Part shown: in pieces, positions 1 to 12,172 of the stretch
Position numbering within the stretch: position 1 is the stretch's first letter
Layout of the letters: every line of letters begins with the position of its first letter
From: an uncultured Actinomycetota bacterium
Lineage (GTDB): Bacteria > Actinomycetota > Actinomycetes > JAHEKZ01
DNA length: 64,000 bases
NCBI GenBank assembly: GCA_963829525.1
Contig: CAWHIJ010000003.1
Coordinates: 1,696,001 to 1,760,000 of the forward strand
Reading direction: 5' to 3'
Notes under the pieces: model-generated
Database searches by the model: none
Seen by the model: the letters and a program-made list of their open reading frames with translations, nothing else
Told to the model about the DNA's origin: nothing
Made by a program: the position numbers and the translations under genes

Positions 1-537
1 GAGATAGATGGCCAGATCCGCCATCGACACTGGGCACTGAACGAGATCGCTGTTGAGAAGGCTTCGCGTTCGCGGATGATCGAGGTGGGCATCGAAGTAG
101 ACGGTCGACGCCTCTCGCGGTGGGGCTGCGACGGCGTCGTATGCGCGACGCCGACCGGCTCGACCGCATATGCCTTCTCGGCAGGAGGGCCAGTCGTTTG
201 GCCTGACGTCGATGCACTGCTGGTGGTTCCTCTGTCTGCGCACGCCCTGTTTGCTCGCCCGCTGGTGATCGCGCCGACGTCGGTGATTCGGCTCGATCTG
301 CTGCCGATGAGCGCCCCAGCGGTGCTGTCGGCCGATGGACGCCGAGGTCTTGACCTGCCCCCAGGCTCCCGAGTCTCGGTGCGTCGAAGCGACGAGCCAG
401 TCCTCCTGGCCCGACTGCAGAAGACGCCGTTCACCGAGCGTCTGGTCGCCAAGTTCGCGCTTCCCGTGCAGGGCTGGACCGTCGACAGGGGTGGGTCAGA
501 AGCGAAGGGGGCGTCGGGGGCTGGGAAAGCGAAGTGA
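1..537 (+). CDS. nadK: NAD kinase, C-terminal part (5' end outside window)
   Basis: Frame open from base 1 (…WALNEIAVEK…); DGVVCATPTGSTAYAFSAGGP NAD kinase motif; directly upstream of recN. Confidence 0.95.
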   Translation, partial: EIDGQIRHRHWALNEIAVEKASRSRMIEVGIEVDGRRLSRWGCDGVVCATPTGSTAYAFSAGGPVVWPDVDALLVVPLSAHALFARPLVIAPTSVIRLDLLPMSAPAVLSADGRRGLDLPPGSRVSVRRSDEPVLLARLQKTPFTERLVAKFALPVQGWTVDRGGSEAKGASGAGKAK

Positions 538-2207
538 TCACCGCACTGAGTCTCGCCGGTCTTGGAGTGATCGAATCCGCGGACCTCGATCTGCAACCTG
601 GTCTCACGGTACTCACGGGCGAAACCGGCGCCGGCAAGACCATGGTTGTCACCGGTCTGCAGCTCCTCCTCGGTCAGCGGGCGTCTGCCGAGCTGGTAAG
701 GGCAGGTGCCGCGCGTGCCCAGGTGACTGCCCACATCTCGGTTGACCCGCGAGGTGGGGTGGCCGACCGAGTCCGTGATGCAGGGGGAGAGCTCGATGAT
801 GAGCAGCTCACTGTGGTCCGAACCATCGCGTCTGGTGGTCGTTCGCGCGCCGCGCTGGGTGGCGCCGCTGTCCCGGTGGGACTGCTCGGCGAGATTGGCG
901 CTGAACTGATCGCCATCCACGGACAGCACGACCAAGGGCACCTGACGGCGCCTGCCATGCAACGTGAGCTCCTCGACCGCTTCGGAGGTCTGGTCCCACT
1001 TGCGGTGGAGGTCGGTCGAGACTTCCTCGAGCTTCGGGCACTGGAGGCAGAACGCATTGAGCTTGCCGTCCATCGCCAGGCACGACTACAAGAGGCCGAC
1101 ACCTTGCGCTTCGGCCTTGCTGAGATCGGAGCAGTCGCACCGGTAGCGGGTGAGGACGCGGCACTTCGGGCCGAAGAGGACCGTCTGGCGCACGCGGTCG
1201 AGCTGAAGCAGGCAGCCCTCAGCGCTGCTGCTGCGCTCTCCGATGACGATCGTGCCGTGGTTAACCAGCTCGCGGACCTTCAGCGGACGCTGGACCTGGT
1301 GCGGCAGCACGACACCCACCTCGACCAAGTTGCTGGGCGTCTAGCCGATGCCACGTATCTGATGGCAGATCTGGCTAGCGACCTGAACGGCTACGGCGAG
1401 GGGGTCGAGGCGGACCCCGCTCGCCTCGCGGACCTGCAGGATCGTCGATCAGCGTTGACGGCGCTGACGCGAAAGTATGGACCTGGCCTGTCGGACGTGC
1501 TCAGCTGGGCTGCCGAAGCCGAGCAGCGCCTGACAGCTGTGGTGGGGACCGACGACCGGTTGGCAGAGCTCGACGCCGCGATTGAGTCAGCGGCCGGTGC
1601 TTGGCACCAGCGTGCTCTGGAGCTGAGTGCGCGGCGCTCAGCAGCGGCCGCGCAGCTGTCTTCGGCGGTGACCCATGAGCTGACGGCGTTGGCGATGCCG
1701 GACGCCGAGGTGCTGGTGGAAGTGCGGCAAGGCACCGAAGCCGCTGTGGCTGGGCTCGATGAGATCGCGTACCTGCTACGGCCACATCGAGGCGGCAGTT
1801 TCACGCCCGTTCAGCGGGGAACAAGCGGCGGCGAGCTATCGCGGGTCATGCTGGCGCTGGAAGTGGTCCTCGCCGACGCTGACCCGGTCGCCACGCTCGT
1901 GTTCGACGAGGTTGATGCAGGGGTCGGTGGAGCAGCTGCCGTGGAGGTGGGGCGCAGGCTCGGAGCTCTCGGACGCAGCCGTCAGGTACTCGTGGTGACC
2001 CACCTGCCCCAGGTGGCTGCCTTTGCCGACCAGCACTGGGTGGTGCACAAATCCACTTCTGGTGAGATCACCTCAAGTGGACTTCATCAACTTGATGACG
2101 AGGCCCGGGTGAAGGAACTGACCAGGATGCTCGCTGGGCTTGCCGACTCCGCCAGCGGTCAAGCGCACGCTGAGGAACTGCTGGCGGTGGCGCGAGCGGC
2201 CCAGTAG
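534..2207 (+). CDS. recN: DNA repair protein RecN
   Basis: Walker A GETGAGKT, Q-loop IHGQHDQ, signature SGGELSR, Walker B LVFDEVDAG, VTHLPQVAA. Confidence 0.97.
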   Translation: MITALSLAGLGVIESADLDLQPGLTVLTGETGAGKTMVVTGLQLLLGQRASAELVRAGAARAQVTAHISVDPRGGVADRVRDAGGELDDEQLTVVRTIASGGRSRAALGGAAVPVGLLGEIGAELIAIHGQHDQGHLTAPAMQRELLDRFGGLVPLAVEVGRDFLELRALEAERIELAVHRQARLQEADTLRFGLAEIGAVAPVAGEDAALRAEEDRLAHAVELKQAALSAAAALSDDDRAVVNQLADLQRTLDLVRQHDTHLDQVAGRLADATYLMADLASDLNGYGEGVEADPARLADLQDRRSALTALTRKYGPGLSDVLSWAAEAEQRLTAVVGTDDRLAELDAAIESAAGAWHQRALELSARRSAAAAQLSSAVTHELTALAMPDAEVLVEVRQGTEAAVAGLDEIAYLLRPHRGGSFTPVQRGTSGGELSRVMLALEVVLADADPVATLVFDEVDAGVGGAAAVEVGRRLGALGRSRQVLVVTHLPQVAAFADQHWVVHKSTSGEITSSGLHQLDDEARVKELTRMLAGLADSASGQAHAEELLAVARAAQ

Positions 2208-2406
2208 GTCCCGTCCCCTCCGGGGCCGTGCCGGCTCAGAAGGGCGGGGTCAGTAGGGCGGGGTCATAACCGACAACCGGCCGGTCACACCCTCGAACAA
2301 GGCTCGGCCGACGGTGGGGGTCGACGCGCTTCTGCTGCAGCGATGAGTCGCCTCGCGCCCCAGCGCGTTGGCGGGTCCGATCCGCCCGCTCTGGCAGGAT
2401 GGCCAG

Positions 2407-3579
2407 ATGCGACTGTCCCTGCTCCGCCGCTCGAGTCAGGTCACCGGACCTGAGCCACAAGGTGTGGCTCGCATGGACAAACGCACCAAAGACCTGACGA
2501 AGCGACTCAAGCCTGGCGAGATCGCAGTCATCGACCACCTGGACATCGATCGGGTGGCGGCAGAGGGTCTAGTCGCCTGCGAGCCGTCCGCAGTTGTCAA
2601 TGTCGCCGCCAGCATCAGTGGCCGTTACCCAAATCTTGGTCCCGAGATCCTCGTGGACGCCGGAATCCCACTTCTCGACGCCGTTGGCCCCGATGTCTTT
2701 GGCCGCATCAGCGACGGTGATCCGGTCGTACTCGATGGCAACCGGCTCCTGCACGACGGAGTGGTCGTTGCTGAGGGACAGCTGCTCGACGTGGAGACCG
2801 TTGAGAAGTCGATGGATGAGGCTCGAGCTGGTCTCGCCGTCCAGCTTGAGGCCTTCGCGAGCAACACGATGGAGTACCTGCGTCAGGAGCGCGACCTTCT
2901 TATCGACGGGGTCGGGGTTCCGGACATTGCGACCGAGATCGACGGGCGCCATGTGCTGATCGTGGTCCGGGGCTATCACTACAAGGAGGACCTGCAGACG
3001 CTGCGCCCCTACATCCGAGAGCATCGGCCTGTGCTGATCGGTGTCGACGGAGGCGCCGACGCCCTGCTTGAGATGGGTTATCGACCAGACCTGATCGTTG
3101 GCGATATGGACTCGGTGTCTGACGAGGCGCTGACTGCCGGGGCGGAGGTCGTGGTCCACGCCTATCGCGACGGACGCGCCCCTGGCCTTGACCGCGTGGA
3201 GTCGCTCGGTGTCGACCCGATCGTCTTCCCCGCCACCGGCACCAGTGAGGACGTGGCGATGCTTCTCGCAGACGACAAAGGTGCCAGCCTGATCGTCGCT
3301 GTGGGCAGTCACGTGACGTTGGTTGAATTCCTCGACAAAGGCCGTGCAGGGATGGCCAGCACTTTCCTCACCCGACTGCGCGTCGGCGGCAAGCTGATCG
3401 ATGCAAAAGGTGTCAGCCGCCTCTACCGCAGCCGCATCTCCACCGGACAGCTCCTCCTTCTGATCGCCGCAGGAATGGCTGCGCTCGTTGCCGCCATGGC
3501 GTCAACGACAGCTGGACGCAGCTTCTTTGACCTCGTTGGTTCCTGGTGGCATGACCTGGTGTTCTGGGTGACCGGGTGA
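2407..3579 (+). CDS. steA: Cell-division membrane protein SteA (thiamine pyrophosphokinase-like domain)
   Basis: IDHLDIDR, SISGRYPNLGP, VDGGADAL, PDLIVGDMDSV motifs, C-terminal TM; canonical recN-steA-steB synteny; ATG at 2407 chosen. Confidence 0.9.
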   Translation: MRLSLLRRSSQVTGPEPQGVARMDKRTKDLTKRLKPGEIAVIDHLDIDRVAAEGLVACEPSAVVNVAASISGRYPNLGPEILVDAGIPLLDAVGPDVFGRISDGDPVVLDGNRLLHDGVVVAEGQLLDVETVEKSMDEARAGLAVQLEAFASNTMEYLRQERDLLIDGVGVPDIATEIDGRHVLIVVRGYHYKEDLQTLRPYIREHRPVLIGVDGGADALLEMGYRPDLIVGDMDSVSDEALTAGAEVVVHAYRDGRAPGLDRVESLGVDPIVFPATGTSEDVAMLLADDKGASLIVAVGSHVTLVEFLDKGRAGMASTFLTRLRVGGKLIDAKGVSRLYRSRISTGQLLLLIAAGMAALVAAMASTTAGRSFFDLVGSWWHDLVFWVTG

Positions 3580-3619
3580 CCAGAATCCTCGTGCTTCGAC
3601 TTAATGAACGGACCGCCTC

Positions 3620-4537
3620 GTGATCGACTTTCGGTACCACATCGTCTCCATCGTGGCGATCTTCATGGCCCTCGCTGTTGGGATTGTCCTGGGGTCCGGA
3701 CCCCTCAAGGACGACATCAGTGGATTCCTCGAGGACCGAACCCAGCAGCTCGCCCAGGAGAAGGTCGATCTTCAGAGCCAAGTGTCGGCGCTGCGCCAGG
3801 AGATCGATTCGTCGGAGCAGTTCGCCGAGCTCTCCCAGCCCGTGCTCGTCGAGAATCTGCTGACCTCGCGCGTGACAACGGTTGTCGTCCTTCCCGATGC
3901 TGACGGCGACCAGGTCGACGCAGTCGAAGAAGTCGTGTCTGCCGCTGGCGGAACGGTCGGCGAACGCGTCACGATCGAGTCAGCTTGGAGTGATCCAGAG
4001 CAGAGCGAGATCTTGGGTCGAGTTGCCGAAGGCGTCGCGCGTGGCGGACGAGATGAAGACCCGTACCAACTGGCCAGCAAGGTATTGGCAGATGCGCTCC
4101 TGACCCCTGGCGGCCGTGCAGTCGGGGAACCTTCGCTCGACTCAGTCGCCGTTCTCGCGGCTTTCGAAAGCGAGGGGTTCATCTCAGCAGATGAAGAGGA
4201 GGTGATCCGGGGAGACACCGCCATCGTGATCGGACCAGCGGGTGTCGTTCCGAGTGCCGACCTGGCGCTCGTACCATTGTTCACAGCCCTCGATGACGTT
4301 GGTGTCGGAACTGTCGTGACTGCCCCGCTCGGAAGCGACCAGGCCGAAGGCGTCGTTGGTGTGCTACGTGGGTCAGACGCCGACGGCGTCGTGTCCTCAG
4401 AGGATCGGCTCGACACTGTCAATGGTGTGACGGTCACAGTCCTTGCGCTGGCCGAGCAGACCGCTGGAGGGGTCGGTCACTACGGCACTGGTGAGGGGTC
4501 AGACGGTCCTGCGCCTGATCCGCTCCCCAGAGGCTGA
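3620..4537 (+). CDS. steB: SteB / MctB-like (DUF3186, annotated 'copper transporter') membrane-anchored protein
   Basis: MIDFRYHIVSIVAIFMALAVGIVLG N-terminus, coiled coil, GHYG C-terminal motif; follows steA. Confidence 0.88.
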   Translation: MIDFRYHIVSIVAIFMALAVGIVLGSGPLKDDISGFLEDRTQQLAQEKVDLQSQVSALRQEIDSSEQFAELSQPVLVENLLTSRVTTVVVLPDADGDQVDAVEEVVSAAGGTVGERVTIESAWSDPEQSEILGRVAEGVARGGRDEDPYQLASKVLADALLTPGGRAVGEPSLDSVAVLAAFESEGFISADEEEVIRGDTAIVIGPAGVVPSADLALVPLFTALDDVGVGTVVTAPLGSDQAEGVVGVLRGSDADGVVSSEDRLDTVNGVTVTVLALAEQTAGGVGHYGTGEGSDGPAPDPLPRG

Positions 4538-4540
4538 CCC

Positions 4541-5371
4541 ATGATCGGTCGAGTGCTGAGCGTGACGTCGGCTGTTCTGGTGAGCAAACGGGTCTACGAT
4601 CAAATGTCCGACGCAGATGCGTCCGAGCGTTGGCAGCGCACCAACCATCGTGGCGAGACCGTCACCCTGGCGCAAGGCCCGGCTGTTTCGCTCGGATCCC
4701 TGGCTGGAATCGTCTTAGCACCCGGACTGCCCCCGTCGGTTCGGGCCGCGTCGACGCTGGCCGTTGGTGCGGCATCGGTGCTGGGGATGATCGACGACCT
4801 CACCGGCGCCACTGACGTCAAGGGCCTTCGGGGACACCTTGGCGCCCTGCGCAATGGCGAGGTCACAACGGGCACCGTCAAGCTGGTCGGCCTGGGGGTC
4901 ACCGGGCTCGTGACCGGGGCACTGGCCCGAAGCGGACGTGGTGGGCCAATCGATGCTGTACTCGCGGGAGCGGTGGTTGCTGGAGGTGCCAACCTGGCGA
5001 ACCTGTTCGACCTACGACCAGGGCGGGCCACCAAGATATTCCTCGTCGCGTCGGCCGGCCCGATCCTGGGCGGAGGGTCGACCAGGGCCATCCTGAGCGG
5101 TCCGGTGAGCGCGGCCGCAGCACTTCTGCCCGATGACCTCGCTGAGCGGTCGATGTTGGGCGACACCGGCGCGAATGCGCTCGGCGCTGCCTGGGGTATT
5201 GCGGTGGCAGCTTCATCGAGCCGTCGGGAGCTGCTGGTGACGGTGGCCGCCATGGTTGGGTTGACAGTGGTCAGCGAACGCGTCAGCTTTTCGCAGGTGA
5301 TCGAACGCACGCCGGTTCTGCGTGGGCTCGATGGCATCGGTCGCCGTCCGGGCCTCCCGGCCGATGACTGA
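4541..5371 (+). CDS. MraY/WecA-like polyprenyl-phosphate sugar-phosphate transferase family membrane protein
   Basis: Multi-TM; LGMIDDL, NLANLFDLRPG and MLGDTGAN resemble the three conserved PNPT loops. Confidence 0.65.
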   Translation: MIGRVLSVTSAVLVSKRVYDQMSDADASERWQRTNHRGETVTLAQGPAVSLGSLAGIVLAPGLPPSVRAASTLAVGAASVLGMIDDLTGATDVKGLRGHLGALRNGEVTTGTVKLVGLGVTGLVTGALARSGRGGPIDAVLAGAVVAGGANLANLFDLRPGRATKIFLVASAGPILGGGSTRAILSGPVSAAAALLPDDLAERSMLGDTGANALGAAWGIAVAASSSRRELLVTVAAMVGLTVVSERVSFSQVIERTPVLRGLDGIGRRPGLPADD

Positions 5372-7013
5372 ACCCGTACCACCTCCCCAGGGCGCGCCAG
5401 CACCTGGCTCACAAGGTGCCAGCCTGGTCAGCGCTGCATTGCTGATCGCCGCTGTAACCGTCGTTGCACGGATCATCGGTTTGCTGAGATTCATCGTGCT
5501 GGCTCAGGTCTTCGGAACTGAGTGTCTCGGCAAGGTGTATGCAACCGCAAACGCTGTGCCGAACATCGTGTACGAGCTCGTGGTGGGGGGAGCTCTCGTT
5601 GCGGTCGTGGTACCACTGGTGGCCGGTGCCATGGAGTCCGATCCGAAACGTGTCAGGGCGACGGTTGCGGCGTTGCACGGGTGGGCGCTGGTTCTTCTTG
5701 TCCCGATGACCGCCGTTATGTACCTTGCCTCGACCTGGGTGGTTCAGATCTTGCTTGGCCCCGCTAACGGGTGTGGCGCCGAAGCGCCAACAGTTGCGCG
5801 AGACATGCTCTGGGTCTTCCTGCTCCAGATCCCGATCTACGGGGCCACGGTGGTTGCTCAAGGAGCGCTGCAAGCCCATCATCGGTTTTTCGCGCCAGCC
5901 GTTGCACCCGCCATTTCGAGTTTGGTCGTGATCACCAGCTACCTCATCTATGCCCAGATGGCAGGTGAGGAAAGCGGTTCTCTCGTGGCCCTGAGCGATG
6001 CGGAGTTTCTCGTTCTTGCAGGCGGGACCACCCTCGGGGTCGTCGCACTTCTCGCGGTTCAGATCCCTGCTTTGGCCCGTGCTGGTCTGATCGTCAAGCC
6101 GTCCTTGAGTTTCCCCACCGGACGGTCAGCGCAGGCGCGCACCCTGGCATGGAGCGGCGCTGTGGTCGTGGGCATGCAGTGGATCGGGTACGCGGCTGCG
6201 ATCCGCTGGAGCAACGTCTATGCGTCCAGCGCCATCGTCTTCGTGCTCGGTTGGACGGTCTTTCTGCTGCCGTGGTCGATCCTCGTCCTCCCGATTGCAA
6301 CGAGTACCTTCCCGAGACTGTCAGCCTTGCACGCGCGAGGCGACCAAATCGGTTCAGCGCAGACAGTTGCACACAGCCTGCGCGCGGTGTTTGTGGCGTC
6401 GGCGATCGGGGCGGCAGGTTTGGCTGCAGCCGCAGAGCCGCTGGCCGCCATCATGTTCGAAAGTGCTCCCGGACGTGGGGGAGTCGCTGAGCTTTCGGCT
6501 TTCTTGATGGCTGTTTCGGTCGGTGCCCTCGGGTACGGCGTACACGGACATCTCGTGCGGGCCATGGCGGCGCGGCACCGTGCCCAGACTGCGGCCTGGA
6601 CCACCGCTGCAGGGTGGGGGCTGGGCATCTTGGCTGCTTGGGTGTTGGTCATACAGGCCGATGGGGCGCTTGAAGTTGCCCGTGGCATCGGTCTTGGGTT
6701 CAGCGGAGGACTTTTGGTAGCGGCCGGGCTGTTGCTCGTCGCGATTCGGCGAGATGCGGGACCGAGTGCGCTCACCGGAGTTCTGCGCGTCGCTTTGGTC
6801 TCCAGTGCTGCCGCACTCTGCGTTGGTTGGGTGGGACATGTCCTGCTGTCGGGTGGGTCTGGGGGCTCATCAGTGGGGGTGGCTGTCGTGCAGATCTTTG
6901 TGGCGGGAGTCGCGGCGGTCGTCGTCGTCGGTGGTGCCGCCGCTCTGGCTGACCCGACCTCAGTCCGTACTCTTCTGCGTGTGCGTTCACGAGCCAACGG
7001 CAGTCGGTCATGA
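5364..7013 (+). CDS. MurJ/MviN-family (MOP) lipid-linked glycan flippase
   Basis: ARIIGLLR, ANAVPNIVYELVVGG, FLLP…PIATSTFPRLS motifs; highly hydrophobic; ATG at 5364 chosen. Confidence 0.85.
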   Translation: MTEPVPPPQGAPAPGSQGASLVSAALLIAAVTVVARIIGLLRFIVLAQVFGTECLGKVYATANAVPNIVYELVVGGALVAVVVPLVAGAMESDPKRVRATVAALHGWALVLLVPMTAVMYLASTWVVQILLGPANGCGAEAPTVARDMLWVFLLQIPIYGATVVAQGALQAHHRFFAPAVAPAISSLVVITSYLIYAQMAGEESGSLVALSDAEFLVLAGGTTLGVVALLAVQIPALARAGLIVKPSLSFPTGRSAQARTLAWSGAVVVGMQWIGYAAAIRWSNVYASSAIVFVLGWTVFLLPWSILVLPIATSTFPRLSALHARGDQIGSAQTVAHSLRAVFVASAIGAAGLAAAAEPLAAIMFESAPGRGGVAELSAFLMAVSVGALGYGVHGHLVRAMAARHRAQTAAWTTAAGWGLGILAAWVLVIQADGALEVARGIGLGFSGGLLVAAGLLLVAIRRDAGPSALTGVLRVALVSSAAALCVGWVGHVLLSGGSGGSSVGVAVVQIFVAGVAAVVVVGGAAALADPTSVRTLLRVRSRANGSRS

Positions 7014-8161
7014 CCGACTCCACGCTGCGAGTGCTCATGGTTTTGGGGACGAGTACCGGGGGTATTGGCCAACACGTTCGCTCGCTGGCCGCCGGGCTCG
7101 TCGCGCGTGGGCAAAGGGTAGTCGTGGCTGGGCCGAAGGAAACCGAAGCGACCTTCTCGTTCACCGACGTCGGAGCCCGCTTCGTCGAGGCTCCGATCGG
7201 CGTCGTACCTTCCCCACGTGACCTAGCTGTCGCGCGATCGGTGGCTCGATGGGTGAAAGGTGCTGACGTCGTTCATGCGCACGGTTTTCGGGCGGGAGCC
7301 GTGGCGCTCAGCGCGGGTGCCGGCCAGGGTTGGCCGGTCGCGGGCGTCCGACGGAGTGGTGTACCCCTGCTAGTCACCTGGCACAACCAAGTGCTTGCCG
7401 GTGGTTTGAGGGGTGCCCTGATGCACCGCGTAGAGGGCGCGGTGGCGCGCGGCGCATCCCTCTCACTCGGGGCCTCGGTCGATCTTGTCGAAGCAGCAAC
7501 CGCTGCGGGCGGAAGCGCGGTCCTGGGACCGGTCGCCGCCCCGGTACCCCGCCAGTCGACCCGCGCCCGCGACGAAGTGCGCCAAGAGATAGGCATCGGA
7601 GATGCTCCCTTGGTCCTTGCCGTCGGCCGGCTTCACGCGCAGAAGGACTACCCTACGTTGGTTGCAGCCATGGGCAGTCTGCAGAGCCGAGATCCACGAC
7701 CAGTTCTCGTGGTGGCCGGTGACGGCCCTGAAGAGTCCGCTGTGCGAGCGGCCATTGCTGAGCACGGGGTCTCTGCTCAGTTGCTGGGCCGGCGTACTGA
7801 CGTCGCAGATCTGTTGAGATCTGCCGACCTGCTCGCGCTGGCCAGTGTCTGGGAGGCTCGGGCGCTGGTGGTTCAGGAGGCGATGCAAGTTGGTCTACCC
7901 GTCGTGGCGACAGCGGTCGGCGGTGTTCCCGAGCTGGTTGGCGACGACGCTCTTCTGGTGCCTCCGGGTGATCCTCGGGCGTTAGCCAGGGCGTTGGCAG
8001 AGGTACTCGACCACCCGACAGAGGCATCAAGGCGCGCTGAGCGAGCCCTTCATCGTGCCGCCGAATGGCCCGACGAGGACGAAGTCGTCGAACTGGTCCT
8101 CGGGCACTACCTCAGTCTGGAGCGTTCGGCGCATCGTGACGGAACGGGAACGCGCTCATGA
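7010..8161 (+). CDS. GT-B glycosyltransferase family 4
   Basis: GGIGQHV, DVVHAHG, VGRLHAQKD, WEARALVVQEAMQVGLPVVATAVGGVPE (EX7E). Confidence 0.92.
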   Translation: MTDSTLRVLMVLGTSTGGIGQHVRSLAAGLVARGQRVVVAGPKETEATFSFTDVGARFVEAPIGVVPSPRDLAVARSVARWVKGADVVHAHGFRAGAVALSAGAGQGWPVAGVRRSGVPLLVTWHNQVLAGGLRGALMHRVEGAVARGASLSLGASVDLVEAATAAGGSAVLGPVAAPVPRQSTRARDEVRQEIGIGDAPLVLAVGRLHAQKDYPTLVAAMGSLQSRDPRPVLVVAGDGPEESAVRAAIAEHGVSAQLLGRRTDVADLLRSADLLALASVWEARALVVQEAMQVGLPVVATAVGGVPELVGDDALLVPPGDPRALARALAEVLDHPTEASRRAERALHRAAEWPDEDEVVELVLGHYLSLERSAHRDGTGTRS

Positions 8162-10389
8162 GGCGCTCGACGCTCGCGCTTGTCGGCGCCGCCATCGCGG
8201 CCATAGTGATCCCAGCCGCCGCGTATGCGCAGGTGGTGCCCGAGTCGCCGCAGACGGGCCAAAGCCCTAACACTCCGCCGTTGTCAGTCGTCATCGTGGG
8301 CATGCCCGGTCTGCGTTGGAGCGACGTGAGTCCGGAGGCCACCCCCCATCTCTGGGCCATGCTGGACGACTCCGCCATCGGCCAGATGAGCACGCGTTCC
8401 GGGCGGTCACGCACGTGCCCCGCCGATGGTTGGGTGCAGCTCGGCACCGGGAACCGGGCCCGCTACCCCATCCTGGACGAGCCGGCCGACAACGAGTGCC
8501 AGTCGCTTCCGGAGATGACACCGGATGAGAACGGTGGTGCCCAGGTGGACCAATGGGATGCCGTTGTGACTGACAACGACGAGCTTGCCTTTGACGCAAT
8601 TCCTGGACTCCTTGGTCAGACCCTCGGTGACACTCTCGGCATCGACAGTGGGTGCACCGCTGCGTCGGGGCCAGGAAGTGGATTGGGTGCTGCCGACCGC
8701 GAAGGCTGGGTCGACCGCTGGACACCGGAGCCGATCTCGCTGACCCGACAGGGGCTGAGGGAGTGTCCGCTGCTGGTCGTCGGAGCCGACGAACCAACGC
8801 CAGAACGTCGTCTGGGTGATCTTTCCAGCTTCGACGAGATCGTGGCGGCCGTGGATCGGATGCGGCCTGCAGAGTCGCTGATGATGGTTCTTGGGGTGTC
8901 CGACCTGGCCGACGAGCGTGCCCAACTCCACGTCGTAGTGGCTCAAGGGCCGGGCTACGAAGGTGGGGTGTTGCAGAGTGGGTCAACGAGGCGGGCTCCG
9001 TTCGTGCAGCTATCTGATGTTGCGCCAACGGTCTTGGACTACCTCGATCTCCAGATCCCGAGCCAAATGCCGTACCAACCCATGCGAGCAGTGCCAGCCG
9101 CAGGGGTCGATGATCGGGTGGGCTGGTTGCGCGAGCTCGCTCAGCAGGCTGACGTCCAGGGCCAGCTGACACCGCCCTTCTTCGGGGTGCTGGTGCTTTC
9201 ACAGGCGGTCCTCTATCTAGGTGCCTTCTTGATCTTGCGTCGCCACCCCCGAGACCGCACCCGCTCGCGCGTTCTGGGCTTTACCCACGTTGTCGCGGTA
9301 GCTGCGGCAGCTGGGCCGGCTGCGACCTACCTCGCCAACGTGCTTCCGTGGTGGCAGGCGGCGCAGCCGGTACTAGCGCTGTTGGCCTCCATCAGCCTTG
9401 CCGGAGCGACACTGACCGCTATCGCCTTCGCCGGACCGTGGCGGCGTCACCCCTTCGGCCCGGCTGGTGCGGTCGCAGGCGCGACTGCGGTTGTCTTGGT
9501 GATCGATATCTTGGCCGGCGCCCCCCTTCAGCTGGCAAGCATTGCCGGCTACTCGCCGATCGTCGCTGGTCGGTTCGTGGGCTTTGGGAACCTGGCCTTT
9601 GCCATCTTCGGGACAGCGGCACTGCTGTGCACCGCCGCCATCGTGTCCGGCCGCTCGCCACGCATTTCCGGAGTGGTGGTGGCCGTCGTCGGGGTGCTGG
9701 CCGTCGCCGTCGACGGTGCACCGTCCCTCGGCAGCGACTTTGGCGGCGTGCTGGCACTGGTTCCTGCCTTTGGCACGTTGGGCATCATGGTGACCGGCCG
9801 TCGGATGTCCTGGATGCGGCTGGCCGGTCTCTTCGGCGCCGGTGTCCTCGTTGTGGGTCTCATCGCGTTCTTGGACTACCTCCGTCCAGAAGCCGACAGG
9901 ACTCACCTCGGGCGATTCGTTGACTCGCTGGTCTCTGGCGACGCCGCCTCCATCATCCAGCGGAAGATGGAGGCCAACGTCTCGCTGCTCACGACCAGCG
10001 TCCTTACCTTGATGGTGCCGCTGGTGCTGATCTTTCTCGCGTTTCTGGTGCGCAGGCCGAGCGGTCTGTTGCCTTGGACCTTCGTGCGGGTGCCGACATT
10101 GCGGGCCGGACTCTTTGCCGTGCTGGTGCTCGGCGTCGTTGGGGCGCTCGTCAATGACTCGGGCGTGGCCATCCCCGCAATGGCGGCGACCGTAGCGATT
10201 CCGGTTGCGGTGGCCGTCGTGGTCCGCTGCATGCAGCTCGACGATGGTGGGGCGGCGTCTGGGCGGGCAAAGGATGTCCCCGCGCTCGACACCGCCGTCG
10301 ACTCGGGGTTCGACCTAGGGTTCGACTCGGGGTTTGACCCAGGGCGCGACCCAGGGCGCGGCGCCACCAGAGAGCAGGGTCAGCACTGA
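8158..10389 (+). CDS. Large membrane protein: signal peptide, extracytoplasmic alkaline-phosphatase-like domain, multi-TM C-terminal half
   Basis: N-terminal signal; [11 protein letters not shown] and [13 protein letters not shown]-superfamily-like motifs; many TM helices with [18 protein letters not shown] loops. Confidence 0.7.
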   Translation: MRRSTLALVGAAIAAIVIPAAAYAQVVPESPQTGQSPNTPPLSVVIVGMPGLRWSDVSPEATPHLWAMLDDSAIGQMSTRSGRSRTCPADGWVQLGTGNRARYPILDEPADNECQSLPEMTPDENGGAQVDQWDAVVTDNDELAFDAIPGLLGQTLGDTLGIDSGCTAASGPGSGLGAADREGWVDRWTPEPISLTRQGLRECPLLVVGADEPTPERRLGDLSSFDEIVAAVDRMRPAESLMMVLGVSDLADERAQLHVVVAQGPGYEGGVLQSGSTRRAPFVQLSDVAPTVLDYLDLQIPSQMPYQPMRAVPAAGVDDRVGWLRELAQQADVQGQLTPPFFGVLVLSQAVLYLGAFLILRRHPRDRTRSRVLGFTHVVAVAAAAGPAATYLANVLPWWQAAQPVLALLASISLAGATLTAIAFAGPWRRHPFGPAGAVAGATAVVLVIDILAGAPLQLASIAGYSPIVAGRFVGFGNLAFAIFGTAALLCTAAIVSGRSPRISGVVVAVVGVLAVAVDGAPSLGSDFGGVLALVPAFGTLGIMVTGRRMSWMRLAGLFGAGVLVVGLIAFLDYLRPEADRTHLGRFVDSLVSGDAASIIQRKMEANVSLLTTSVLTLMVPLVLIFLAFLVRRPSGLLPWTFVRVPTLRAGLFAVLVLGVVGALVNDSGVAIPAMAATVAIPVAVAVVVRCMQLDDGGAASGRAKDVPALDTAVDSGFDLGFDSGFDPGRDPGRGATREQGQH
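10300..10359 (+). repeat. Five degenerate 12-bp tandem units inside the 3' end of the membrane-protein gene
   Basis: gactcggggttc/gacctagggttc/gactcggggttt/gacccagggcgc/gacccagggcgc = [20 protein letters not shown]. Confidence 0.85.
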
Positions 10390-10462
10390 TAGCCTGATGT
10401 CCCGTAGATCGGTGCTCGACGGCCGCCTGCACCTCATCTGGGAACGATCACGGGAGCCCGCC

Positions 10463-12168
<1,706 letters not shown>

Positions 12169-12172
<4 letters not shown>

